From Candidatus Forterrea multitransposorum CG_2015-17_Forterrea_25_41 (GTDB taxonomy: Archaea; Iainarchaeota; Iainarchaeia; Iainarchaeales; CSSED10-239): DNA of 64,000 nt. Made by a program: the position numbers and the translations under genes. Of this stretch, positions 9,304 to 18,257 are shown one piece after another. The DNA is taken from NCBI GenBank assembly GCA_009392915.1, contig CP045477.1, forward strand, positions 64,001-128,000, read 5' to 3'. The stretch's first letter is position 1; each line of letters opens with the position of its first letter. The notes under the pieces are model-generated. The model was not told where the DNA came from, did no database searches, and was given only the letters and a program-made list of their open reading frames with translations.

Positions 9304-9846
9304 ATGTTAACTTTTTTTAAAAAAATTAAAAGAGATTTGAAAACTAAAAAAAAAATAAAAGAATCTCTTTATTTTTTATTATTTTTTATAATTTCTTTTT
9401 CTCTTATTTATTTATTATTATCAAAAACCTTAATCTATAATTTTATAAACTATTTTTATGGTTCTCTTTCAAGTATTATTCTTAATATTTTTTATGGAAT
9501 TAATACTTCTTTTTATTATGATTTTATAGAACAAGTAACTTTTCTAATAATTCCAAGTATAGATTATCCTGTTGCAATTGTTTTCTTATGTACTGGTATT
9601 TTAGAATTTTCTTTAATTGTAAGTGCTATTGTTTCAACTATTGGTTTTTCTTTAAGAAAGAAAATAAAATGGGTATTAATTTCTTCTTTCCTTGTAATTA
9701 TTTTTAATCTTTTAAGAATAACTTTTACAATATTTATAATAGATTATTTTAATTTAGAAATAGCAGATTTTTTCCATGGTTTTTTATTTAGATTATTTTT
9801 AGTAATTATTGTTATTGGTACTTATTATTTTTTCTTAAAATCTTAA
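9304..9846 (+). CDS. exosortase/archaeosortase family protein (small form)
   Basis: 180-aa polytopic membrane protein with the family Cys/Arg/His pattern: VFLCTGILE (Cys), IFNLLRITF (NxxR), FFHGFLF (His). Confidence 0.65.
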   Translation: MLTFFKKIKRDLKTKKKIKESLYFLLFFIISFSLIYLLLSKTLIYNFINYFYGSLSSIILNIFYGINTSFYYDFIEQVTFLIIPSIDYPVAIVFLCTGILEFSLIVSAIVSTIGFSLRKKIKWVLISSFLVIIFNLLRITFTIFIIDYFNLEIADFFHGFLFRLFLVIIVIGTYYFFLKS

Positions 9847-9850
9847 ATTA

Positions 9851-10162
9851 TTATTTTTTAGGACCTTTCTTAATTTTTGGTTTTCTTTTTTTACAAGCTT
9901 CATTTTGAATAACAATTTCTTTTGTTAATTTATCATTCTTTCTTTGAAGACTTGCAATCTCACATAAAATAATTTCAGCAAATTCTTTATTTCCTTTATT
10001 TGATCTAATCATGTCTTTACAGTATTCTATGTTAATGTTATTAAGTTCAATTTTTTCAGAATTAGAAATTGTACCTACTCTATTTTTTTCTTGCAATTGA
10101 TTTTTTCTTTTTGCAATTGGTGATGATGAATGATTCCATTTTTGATTTAATTCAGTAGTCAT
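9851..10162 (-). CDS. hypothetical basic protein
   Basis: 103-aa ORF whose start overlaps the upstream gene's stop by 4 nt (ATGA), so the two are likely translationally coupled. Lys-rich C-terminus. Confidence 0.5.
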   Translation of the reverse strand: MTTELNQKWNHSSSPIAKRKNQLQEKNRVGTISNSEKIELNNINIEYCKDMIRSNKGNKEFAEIILCEIASLQRKNDKLTKEIVIQNEACKKRKPKIKKGPKK

Positions 10163-10551
10163 TTTTGCATCTCTTCTTTAATGATTTTTTTCACTTGTTC
10201 AATAGTTGTATACTCTAAAGGATTAATATTATCAATTACATATTTCATTTCTTTTAAATCTTCAGCTCTTGCATATCTTTTTGAAAACATCTCAAGATTT
10301 GATTCAATCCCTTTCATTCTGTTTTCAATATCTTTCATTTTTTTAAAAATTTCTTCAATTTTTTCATTAGATGCAAAAGAGCCTTGTGAATCTGAAGTAT
10401 TGGCTGAAGCAATCTTTTTATTTAAAACAAGGATGTTTCTTCCAAGTATCTTTTCATTATGCACAAGATATTTTATCTTTTGTCTTAAAACAAGAAGACT
10501 TGATTGTAAAGCTTTAATATCTTGATACACATTCTGTGATTGATCAACCAT
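10159..10551 (-). CDS. hypothetical coiled-coil protein
   Basis: 130-aa ORF with heptad-like charged/hydrophobic periodicity. First gene of a two-gene minus-strand unit. Confidence 0.5.
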   Translation of the reverse strand: MVDQSQNVYQDIKALQSSLLVLRQKIKYLVHNEKILGRNILVLNKKIASANTSDSQGSFASNEKIEEIFKKMKDIENRMKGIESNLEMFSKRYARAEDLKEMKYVIDNINPLEYTTIEQVKKIIKEEMQK

Positions 10552-10745
10552 AGTTAGTTCTTCTCTTTTGTAAATATTTTATATATTTATATAGTAATAG
10601 ATAATATTTAAAGATGTTTGTTTTATTTTTAAAGATTTCTTTTTTTAAATTAACTTATAATAATTTAGTTCAGTTATTAAATTAAATACCTTTATAAACT
10701 ATTTGTCTCATAAATATATAAAAATAAATGAGGTGTTAAAAGGAT

Positions 10746-11102
10746 ATGAATAAAAAAATATTAAATATTTTTGGAGTACTTTCTGTTTTAGTTTTTTTAA
10801 TGTTTATTTCATTAAACTTAAGTGCAGAGAGATTTGATGTTACTGATATTTCTTACTCTTATGTAAGTTATAATTATCCATATTACCCAAATGGTCAATA
10901 TTATAATAGTTACTATAATTATTATGATTATTATATTCCAACAGGTTATGTAAATTCATATACAGGCTATATTAATTATCCTGCTTACTCAAATTATGTT
11001 CCAACTTACTATAACACTTCATATGTAACTTATCCTTCATACTATAACAACTCAATCAGTTATGGAAGTCCAGAGGCATATGTTTCTTTTAGTTGGCAAT
11101 AA
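10746..11102 (+). CDS. secreted tyrosine/asparagine-rich low-complexity protein
   Basis: Sec-type signal peptide (MNKKILNIFGVLSVLVFLMFISLNLSA). The mature region has about 28 Tyr in about 90 residues by hand count. GAGGTG SD. Confidence 0.7.
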   Translation: MNKKILNIFGVLSVLVFLMFISLNLSAERFDVTDISYSYVSYNYPYYPNGQYYNSYYNYYDYYIPTGYVNSYTGYINYPAYSNYVPTYYNTSYVTYPSYYNNSISYGSPEAYVSFSWQ

Positions 11103-11129
11103 ATAAAAAAGAGGATTTAAAGATTTATT

Positions 11130-14100
11130 ATGAACTATAAATATTTTTTTGTATTTTTATTAGTAGTTTTATTTTCATCAATGGTATTTTCATACACAAT
11201 TGGTTTTGATTATGCTGAAGTTAGAACTACAAGTTATCCTAACTATCTTAATTATCAATATGCTCATTACTATGATAATATTGATCTAAGATATGGTGTT
11301 TATGGAAGTGGAATTTCTTCTCCAGTAACAATAATTGTTTCTCCAAAAGTTTATGGAATAACAACTACTGGTCAAAGAGTCTTTGTTCATAATATACAAA
11401 CTCATTCTTTTTCAATGAATCCTTCTTCTTTTTATACTTATAGTTATAATCCAATGTTTTCTTTTGATCCTGCATATCAAAGTTATGAAGTTGTTTTAGA
11501 TCTTCAAAGTTCAGATGGATCTTTTAATAATTCTGTAAGTAGATATGTTTATTCTCAAGGAACAAATCCAAACCCTGGAGGAGATGATCCTACAGGTGAT
11601 GATCCTAATGTAGTTAGTTGTGATGATTTTTATGTTTCAGGAATGGAAGATATTTATTTAGATGAAGATTCAAGAGAATATTATAATCTTTATTTAGTAA
11701 ATTCTGTTGACTTGCCACTTACAATAACTTCAGTTACAGTTTCTCCAAATAATCCTACTAACTTAGAAATTGAAGATATTACTTATCCTTTTACAGTTTC
11801 TGCTCTTCAAACAAGAAGTGCACAAATTGAACTTTTTACAGATACAGTTTCTTCTGATTATTCAAATAGTTTTCAAATAGAAGTTAAAGGTAAATATGAT
11901 AATTCTTTAACTTGTGAAAAAACATATAATGTTAATTATAGAATACTAGATGCTGAACTTGAAAATAATGGTTCTTGTAGTGATATAAGAATTTTAGATG
12001 ATTATTTTACAATGAGTGATAATTCTTCTAAAACTTTTGAAATTGAAGTTTCAAATGCTTCTCAAGATTATTATTTTGAAGTTGATGATATTGATTTAGA
12101 TACTACAAATGATTCAATAATTGAAGCTAGTGTTAGAAACACAATTGATAAAATATATACAGATTCTTCTAAAATTTTAAAAATAAATGTTTCTTCAGAT
12201 GACACTTCTTTTTATAGAACTGAAAAAATTGATTTAGAACTAACAGGTTATTTAAAAAGAGAAAACAGAGAAGATAAAAAATGTAGAATAAGAGAAGATG
12301 TTTCAATAAGAGTTTCTCCAGATTCTTCAACTGGAAATACTTCAAATGAATGTGATGATATAAAAATATATACAAGAGATGTTTTCCAAGATTCTCAAAT
12401 AACAGAAAACTACTCTCTTCAAGAGGGTTTTTATATTTATAATGGAACTAATAAAAAATTTACTGTATCAGGTATTAACTATAAAGACAATACTATGTAT
12501 GCAGATATCTTTTCAAAATCTTTTGATTATACTCTTTATCCTAGATCCTCTAATGCTTTAAATTTTGATATAAGAACAAGTGAAGTTTCAGAAAATAAAC
12601 TTTCAAATGCAGAAATTTCTATTCAAGGATATTTTGAAGGTGGACTTTCTTGTAGTTATTCAGATATAACTTCAAACTTTAATTTAACTATAAGAGAAGA
12701 AAATGATTTTTGTTCAAATGTAGGTATTTATGATGACAGTTTTGTTGAAGGTGAAAATTATTTTACAGTTTATAATAACACTAATAAAGACTTTACTGTA
12801 AATGATATTATTTCTCAAAATTCAGTTAACTCAAATGTAGGTGTGATTGATTCTTCTTTTAAAGTTTTAAAAGATTCACAAAAAACTTTTAGAGTTGGTT
12901 CTTCAGGAAATGGTAGTTTTGAGCTTTTAGCTAAAGGTGTTTTTTCAGATGGCACTTCTTGTGACTATACTCAAACAAGCAGTGGTTATTTCAATAGTGA
13001 TTCTGGTTATGATTTTTCAGATACTTCTTGTGAATTTGAATTTAATTATCCAAATGTAAAATATATCTCTTTAAACGGAGACTCTCTAAATTTTGATTTT
13101 AGAAACTTAACTGGAAAATCTGGTGAGATTAGACTTTCTGCAGTTGGTGCTGTAATTGAAGATCCAATTATTAAGTTTTCTTCATATTCATCTTTTAATA
13201 AAGAAATAGATCTTTTAAATATTAAAAATCCAAAAATGGTTCTTTATACAATTGAAATTTACGGTTGTTCTAAAAAATCATATTTTACAAATCTTTATCC
13301 TTTAGGAAATTCTATTCAAGGAGATGTTTCATTTTTAACATATCCTAGTAATTTAATTTCAACTAAAGATAAATTTATAAGTTCTTTTTCACTTAAAAAC
13401 TCAAGTAGTTTTTCAGAAGATGTTGAAATTAAATTTTCAGGTTTTACAAGTGCATTTAATTTTGTATCTTCTCCTTATCCATTAAACCCAAATACTTTCT
13501 CATCTTCAGATAATGTTTCAACAGTTACAATAAATCCAAACTCTACAAAAAATATTTATTTTGGAGTTGATGTTTTAGAAAATGCAGAATATAAAAAATA
13601 TAATGGATATATTGAAGTTTATAGTAATAATAAATTATTATTTAAAGAGCCTTTATCAATAGATAGATCAATTACTACTAATAATTTATTAGTAAATACT
13701 ATGGTTGAAAAGACATCTGTTAAAAATACTGTTCTTTTAACATTTACTTTTGAAAACAAATTACCTGACCTTACAAGAGAACTTTATTTATCTTTTGAAG
13801 ACGAGAATAGTTTTGAAGTAGATGGTAATAGAAATATATCTGTTGCACCATTAAGTGTACTTGAAAGAAGCTTTACTGTTAAATATAATGAAGGTTCTTT
13901 ATTTAAGTATAATTTAATAGATACAGATAATTCTTCTCTTGCATATTCTGGAGAAGTAGATTTAAAAGAAATTGATAATTCTTCAAATCTTTTATCTGGA
14001 TTTTTTACTCTTTCAGATACAAAAGGATTTATATTTGCAATTGTTCTTATATTACTTATAGCTTTAATTATTTTCTTAATAGTTTATGGAGATAAATCTA

Positions 14101-14273
14101 GAGCTAAAAGAAAACAAGAAACTAAATCAGTTTTAGAAACACAAGAAAAAATAAAAGAAGAAATTAGAAAAGATAATTTTTCTAATATTACTAAGTCTGA
14201 GATTATAATAGGAAATAAGCCTATTATAAAGCCTGCAGAACCAAGACAGATTACTTTAGGTGAGCTTGATTAA
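11130..14273 (+). CDS. large surface protein (1047 aa): signal peptide, five Cys-bracketed modules, TM anchor, charged tail
   Basis: N-terminal signal peptide. Repeat modules of about 110-125 aa each begin and end with a Cys (aa ~164-713). TM segment GFIFAIVLILLIALIIFLIV followed by an ~80-aa K/E-rich tail. Confidence 0.8.
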   Translation: MNYKYFFVFLLVVLFSSMVFSYTIGFDYAEVRTTSYPNYLNYQYAHYYDNIDLRYGVYGSGISSPVTIIVSPKVYGITTTGQRVFVHNIQTHSFSMNPSSFYTYSYNPMFSFDPAYQSYEVVLDLQSSDGSFNNSVSRYVYSQGTNPNPGGDDPTGDDPNVVSCDDFYVSGMEDIYLDEDSREYYNLYLVNSVDLPLTITSVTVSPNNPTNLEIEDITYPFTVSALQTRSAQIELFTDTVSSDYSNSFQIEVKGKYDNSLTCEKTYNVNYRILDAELENNGSCSDIRILDDYFTMSDNSSKTFEIEVSNASQDYYFEVDDIDLDTTNDSIIEASVRNTIDKIYTDSSKILKINVSSDDTSFYRTEKIDLELTGYLKRENREDKKCRIREDVSIRVSPDSSTGNTSNECDDIKIYTRDVFQDSQITENYSLQEGFYIYNGTNKKFTVSGINYKDNTMYADIFSKSFDYTLYPRSSNALNFDIRTSEVSENKLSNAEISIQGYFEGGLSCSYSDITSNFNLTIREENDFCSNVGIYDDSFVEGENYFTVYNNTNKDFTVNDIISQNSVNSNVGVIDSSFKVLKDSQKTFRVGSSGNGSFELLAKGVFSDGTSCDYTQTSSGYFNSDSGYDFSDTSCEFEFNYPNVKYISLNGDSLNFDFRNLTGKSGEIRLSAVGAVIEDPIIKFSSYSSFNKEIDLLNIKNPKMVLYTIEIYGCSKKSYFTNLYPLGNSIQGDVSFLTYPSNLISTKDKFISSFSLKNSSSFSEDVEIKFSGFTSAFNFVSSPYPLNPNTFSSSDNVSTVTINPNSTKNIYFGVDVLENAEYKKYNGYIEVYSNNKLLFKEPLSIDRSITTNNLLVNTMVEKTSVKNTVLLTFTFENKLPDLTRELYLSFEDENSFEVDGNRNISVAPLSVLERSFTVKYNEGSLFKYNLIDTDNSSLAYSGEVDLKEIDNSSNLLSGFFTLSDTKGFIFAIVLILLIALIIFLIVYGDKSRAKRKQETKSVLETQEKIKEEIRKDNFSNITKSEIIIGNKPIIKPAEPRQITLGELD

Positions 14274-14349
14274 GTTTTTCTTAGAGGGAAATAACAAACC
14301 ATTTATAAAGTTTTCTGTTCAAAGATTATTATATAATGAAGAATTAATG

Positions 14350-14436
14350 AAGCTTTGTAGACTGTGTGTTAACATAGACAGTTATTAACCATTTTTTTCA
14401 AAAATTTGGTTAACATATAAATGCAAAGCTTTTTTT
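14350..14436 (+). other. structured intergenic element (10-bp closing stem, two internal hairpins, T7 tract)
   Basis: AAGCTTTGTA (14350-14359) pairs with TGCAAAGCTT (14422-14431). Inner hairpins are ACTGT/ACAGT (14361-14382) and TTAACCA/TGGTTAA (14385-14413). A T-run at 14430-14436 follows. Confidence 0.3.
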
Positions 14437-14551
14437 AAAATAATGATTGTTTTTTAATTTTTTTTAAAAAACATTTGTAAAGTTTAAAAATTGTTTTATA
14501 TAAAAAAAAGTGTAATTTATTTTGTGTAAAAAATATTAATGTGTAACATAT

Positions 14552-15535
14552 ATGCCAAAAAAATATAAACCTAGAGCTGGATCTATGGCTTTTTACCCAA
14601 GAGTAAGAGCAAGATCTATAATCCCTAAATTTAATTCTTATAATGGACTTGAAAAAGATGAGTCTGTGTGTAAACCAATTGCTTATTATGGTCTTAAGGT
14701 TGGAATGATGCAAGCAACTGCAAAGAATGCTCATAAAAACACTTCCTCTTATGGTCATGAAGTTGTTTTGCCAGTTACAGTAATTGAGACTCCTGATTTA
14801 AAAGTTTCAGGTGCAAGGCTTTATAAAAATAAAAAACCTATAACTGGAAAAGAAGCTGTTTCTGAATTTTTAAAATTTGATAATCTTCTTTTAAAAAAAA
14901 TTAAAGGAAAGAAATCAAATGATAAAAAAGAATTAGATGTTTTCTTAAAACAAACTGAGAAAGCAGATGATCTTGTTCTTTTATGTTATATTGATACTAA
15001 ACAAACAACAATTGGTCAAAAAAAACCAGTTCTTGTTGAAATTCCTTTGTCTGGAAAGTTTGAAGACAAAATATCTTATTTTAAAGAAAAATTTACTAAA
15101 ACATTACCTATTTCTGAAGTTTTTGATGTTGATACTGATTTAGATGTTAAATCAATATCTAAAGGTCACGGATTTACTGGTCCTGTAAAAAGATTTGGTA
15201 TTAAAATACAAAGACCTAAAGCACAACAAATCCAAAGACACGTTGGTTCTATTGGTCCATGGCATCCTGCTACAATTATGCACACAGTTCCAAGAGCTGG
15301 TCAACATGGTTTCCATAACAGAGTTGCTTATATGAAAAAACTTTTAATGATTGGTAGTGATTTAGAAAAAGTAAATCCTAAGGCTGGATTTAAAAAATAT
15401 GGTGTTGTTAAAAACAACTATATTTTAGTTTCAGGAAACGTTCCTGGTGTTACAAAAAGAGTTGTAGCTCTTAGAAAATCTACAAGAAAACCAAGATCTA
15501 AATTGACTGTCACAGATGTGAATATAATTAATTAA
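14552..15535 (+). CDS. rpl3: 50S ribosomal protein L3 (uL3)
   Basis: PRAGSMAFYPRVRA..., GHGFTGPVKRFG, archaeal uL3 length. First gene of the large r-protein cluster. Confidence 0.95.
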   Translation: MPKKYKPRAGSMAFYPRVRARSIIPKFNSYNGLEKDESVCKPIAYYGLKVGMMQATAKNAHKNTSSYGHEVVLPVTVIETPDLKVSGARLYKNKKPITGKEAVSEFLKFDNLLLKKIKGKKSNDKKELDVFLKQTEKADDLVLLCYIDTKQTTIGQKKPVLVEIPLSGKFEDKISYFKEKFTKTLPISEVFDVDTDLDVKSISKGHGFTGPVKRFGIKIQRPKAQQIQRHVGSIGPWHPATIMHTVPRAGQHGFHNRVAYMKKLLMIGSDLEKVNPKAGFKKYGVVKNNYILVSGNVPGVTKRVVALRKSTRKPRSKLTVTDVNIIN

Positions 15536-15549
15536 TAATTTTGATTGTT

Positions 15550-16365
15550 ATGAAAACAAACGTTTATAATCTTTTAGGAAAATCTATTAAGGAAATTGAA
15601 GTTCCAGAATACTTTAGACAAAACTACAGACCAGATCTTATTAAAAGAGCTGTTGTAGCTTCTCAAAGTAATTCTTATCAACCAAAGGCACCTTCTCCAT
15701 ATTCAAATAGATTAAATACTGCTGAATATAGAGGTGCAAGAAAGAAAAACACCATGGATAATTCTATTAATACTGGTAAAGCAAGGCTTCCAAGAACAAA
15801 AAATAGAAGAATTTTAATGGCTGGGAGAGTAGCTGGTGTTTCTCATGCTGTTGGTGGACCAAAAGCACATCCTCCAAAAGTTACAAAGATTTTAATTAAA
15901 AAAATTAATACTAAAGAAAGAACAAAAGCTATTTTAAGTGCAATTTCTGCAACTGCAAATTTAGGACTTGTTTCTACAAGAGGACATGTAATTCCTCAAG
16001 AAATTTCTCTTCCTATAGTTTTTGAAAATACTCTTGAAAATTTAACTAAAACAAAAGAAGTTTATGATATTTTAGAATCCTTAGGTCTTTCTGATAATGT
16101 TGAAAAAGCAAAAGATAATAAGTCTTATAGAGCTGGAAAAGGAAAGATGAGAGGAAGAAGATATAAGAGAAGAAAAAGTGTTTTATTTGTTTTAGGTGAC
16201 TCTAAGAATTATAAAGTTTTCCAAAACTTAGAAGGTGTTGATGTAATTGATGCATCTAAACTTTCAATAAAAGAACTTGCTCCAGGAACACATGCTGGTA
16301 GACTTACTATCTTTTCTGAAAGCGCTGTTGAAAAATTACAGGAGAGATTTTCAAAGGTGATGTGA
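15550..16365 (+). CDS. rpl4: 50S ribosomal protein L4 (uL4)
   Basis: Track ORF starts at a TTG (15541). The ATG at 15550 follows TGAT. Sequence includes GRVAGVSHAVGGPKAHPPK and YRAGKGKMRGRRY. Confidence 0.93.
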   Translation: MKTNVYNLLGKSIKEIEVPEYFRQNYRPDLIKRAVVASQSNSYQPKAPSPYSNRLNTAEYRGARKKNTMDNSINTGKARLPRTKNRRILMAGRVAGVSHAVGGPKAHPPKVTKILIKKINTKERTKAILSAISATANLGLVSTRGHVIPQEISLPIVFENTLENLTKTKEVYDILESLGLSDNVEKAKDNKSYRAGKGKMRGRRYKRRKSVLFVLGDSKNYKVFQNLEGVDVIDASKLSIKELAPGTHAGRLTIFSESAVEKLQERFSKVM

Positions 16366-16366
16366 T

Positions 16367-16639
16367 ATGGCTAAAACTTTAGAATACTATGATATTGTAG
16401 AATATCCTGTAATTACAGAAAAAGCTGTTGATTTAATCTCAACACAAAATAAATTAACATTTATTGTAAATAAAAAATCAAATAAAGCAGAAATTAAAGC
16501 TGCTGTTGAAAAATTATATAAAGTTAAAGTAAAAACTATAAATACTTTAGTTGATAGAAAAAGTAGAAAAAAAGCATTTGTAACACTTTCAAAAGAGTTT
16601 AATGCTCAAGATGTTGCAAATAAATTAGGAATATTATAA
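16367..16639 (+). CDS. rpl23: 50S ribosomal protein L23 (uL23)
   Basis: VEYPVITEKAVDLI...NKLTFIV pattern. Position between L4 and L2. Confidence 0.92.
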   Translation: MAKTLEYYDIVEYPVITEKAVDLISTQNKLTFIVNKKSNKAEIKAAVEKLYKVKVKTINTLVDRKSRKKAFVTLSKEFNAQDVANKLGIL

Positions 16640-16651
16640 GGGTTGTAAATT

Positions 16652-17365
16652 ATGGGAAAAAGACTTAGACTTCAAAGAAGAGGAAAAGGAACTCCAAAAT
16701 ATGCTGCAACTAATCATGCAAAAGTTGAAATAAGATATAATTATTTTAATGATACTCAATGTTTGAAAGGACAAGTTGTAAAATTATACTCAGATCCTAT
16801 AAGAACAGCTCCTGTTGCACAGATTTTATTTGAAAATGGTTCTATTGACAATGTTGTTGCTTGTGAAGGTTTAAAAACAGGTGATAGAGTTGTTTTTGGA
16901 AAAGATGCTGAAGTAAAATCAGGAAATGTTTTATTTTTAAATGATATTGAGCCAGGAAAAACTATCTTTAATATTGAAAAAAATTTTGGAGATGGTGGTA
17001 AATTTGTAAGAGCAACTGGACAATCAGCAACTTTAATGAGTAAAAAAGAAGATGTTGCGATTGTTAAGATGCCTTCAGGAAAAATAGTTAATTTCCCATT
17101 AAATGTTAGAGCAACAGTTGGTATTGTTGCAGGTTCTGGTAGACCAAATAAACCTTATGTTAAGGCTGGAAATAAATTCCATGCGATGAAAGCAAAAAGC
17201 AAACCTTATCCAAGATTAAGAGGAGTTGCAATGAATGCTGTTGATCACCCTTTCGGTGGACTTCAACACCACGTAGGACACTCAAAATCTACATCAAGAC
17301 ATGCTCCTTCTGGAAGAAAAGTTGGTGCTATTGGATCTAAGAGAACAGGAAGAAAGAAAAAGTAA
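16652..17365 (+). CDS. rpl2: 50S ribosomal protein L2 (uL2)
   Basis: RGVAMNAVDHPFGG...GRKVG signature, 237 aa. Confidence 0.96.
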   Translation: MGKRLRLQRRGKGTPKYAATNHAKVEIRYNYFNDTQCLKGQVVKLYSDPIRTAPVAQILFENGSIDNVVACEGLKTGDRVVFGKDAEVKSGNVLFLNDIEPGKTIFNIEKNFGDGGKFVRATGQSATLMSKKEDVAIVKMPSGKIVNFPLNVRATVGIVAGSGRPNKPYVKAGNKFHAMKAKSKPYPRLRGVAMNAVDHPFGGLQHHVGHSKSTSRHAPSGRKVGAIGSKRTGRKKK

Positions 17366-17378
17366 AGGTTGATTTTAA

Positions 17379-17768
17379 ATGGATGAATATTACGGTTTTA
17401 GATATAAAGGGAAGACTTTAGAAGATCTTCAAAAAATGTCTTTAAGAGAGTTTTCAAAAATAATCTCTTCAAGATCAAGAAGAAATCTTTTAAGAAATGA
17501 ATCTGATCCTTTCTATCAAAAGTTTGAAAAAAACATTGATGTAGATGGAACAATAAGAACTCATAGAAGAGATATTATTGTGATTCCTAAAATGGTTGAA
17601 AAAACAATTAATGTTTATAACGGAAAAGAATTTGTTCCTGTTGTAATTACTGAAGAAATGCTTGGACATTATTTAGGTGAATTTGCACTTACAAGAAAAA
17701 GGTTAAGACACGGAAAAGCAGGAATTGGTGCTACAAAATCAAGTACTGCAATTAGCGAAAGAAAGTAA
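17379..17768 (+). CDS. rps19: 30S ribosomal protein S19 (uS19)
   Basis: TH.RDIIV.P.MV...[22 protein letters not shown]. Confidence 0.94.
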   Translation: MDEYYGFRYKGKTLEDLQKMSLREFSKIISSRSRRNLLRNESDPFYQKFEKNIDVDGTIRTHRRDIIVIPKMVEKTINVYNGKEFVPVVITEEMLGHYLGEFALTRKRLRHGKAGIGATKSSTAISERK

Positions 17769-17783
17769 ATTGGTTGAATATTT

Positions 17784-18254
17784 ATGTCAGATAAAAAATA
17801 TAATTTTCAAAAAAAAGTTAATGAGAAAAAGGTTGCAAAAGCATGTAAACAAAATGCTCCAATCTCAACAAAATATTCTGTTGAATTTTCAAATTACTTT
17901 AAAAATAAGCCTTTAGATAAAGCTATAAAAATCTGTGACGATATTATAAATATGGAAGATCACCTTCCTTTAAAAAAATATAATAAAAAAGTTGCTCATA
18001 GAAAAGGAGATTCAAAAAGAGGTGTTGCTTCAGGAAGATGGCCTATTAAAGCTGCAACAACAGTTAAAGCTCTTTTAGAAGATGTAAAGGCTAATGCTGA
18101 AAATTTAAATTTAGATACTGAAAAATTAAAAATAATACACATGTTTGCTGTTAAAGGAGTTACTAGAAGAAAAACTCAACCTCTTGGTAGAACTGGCGGT
18201 AAACAAAGAGAATCAAAATCTACTAATATTGAAGTAATTGTTCTAGAGGAATAA
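17784..18254 (+). CDS. rpl22: 50S ribosomal protein L22 (uL22)
   Basis: Archaeal uL22 pattern (ISTKYSVEF...PLKKYNKKVAHRKG...GRWPIKAA). Synteny. Confidence 0.92.
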   Translation: MSDKKYNFQKKVNEKKVAKACKQNAPISTKYSVEFSNYFKNKPLDKAIKICDDIINMEDHLPLKKYNKKVAHRKGDSKRGVASGRWPIKAATTVKALLEDVKANAENLNLDTEKLKIIHMFAVKGVTRRKTQPLGRTGGKQRESKSTNIEVIVLEE

Positions 18255-18257
18255 TGT

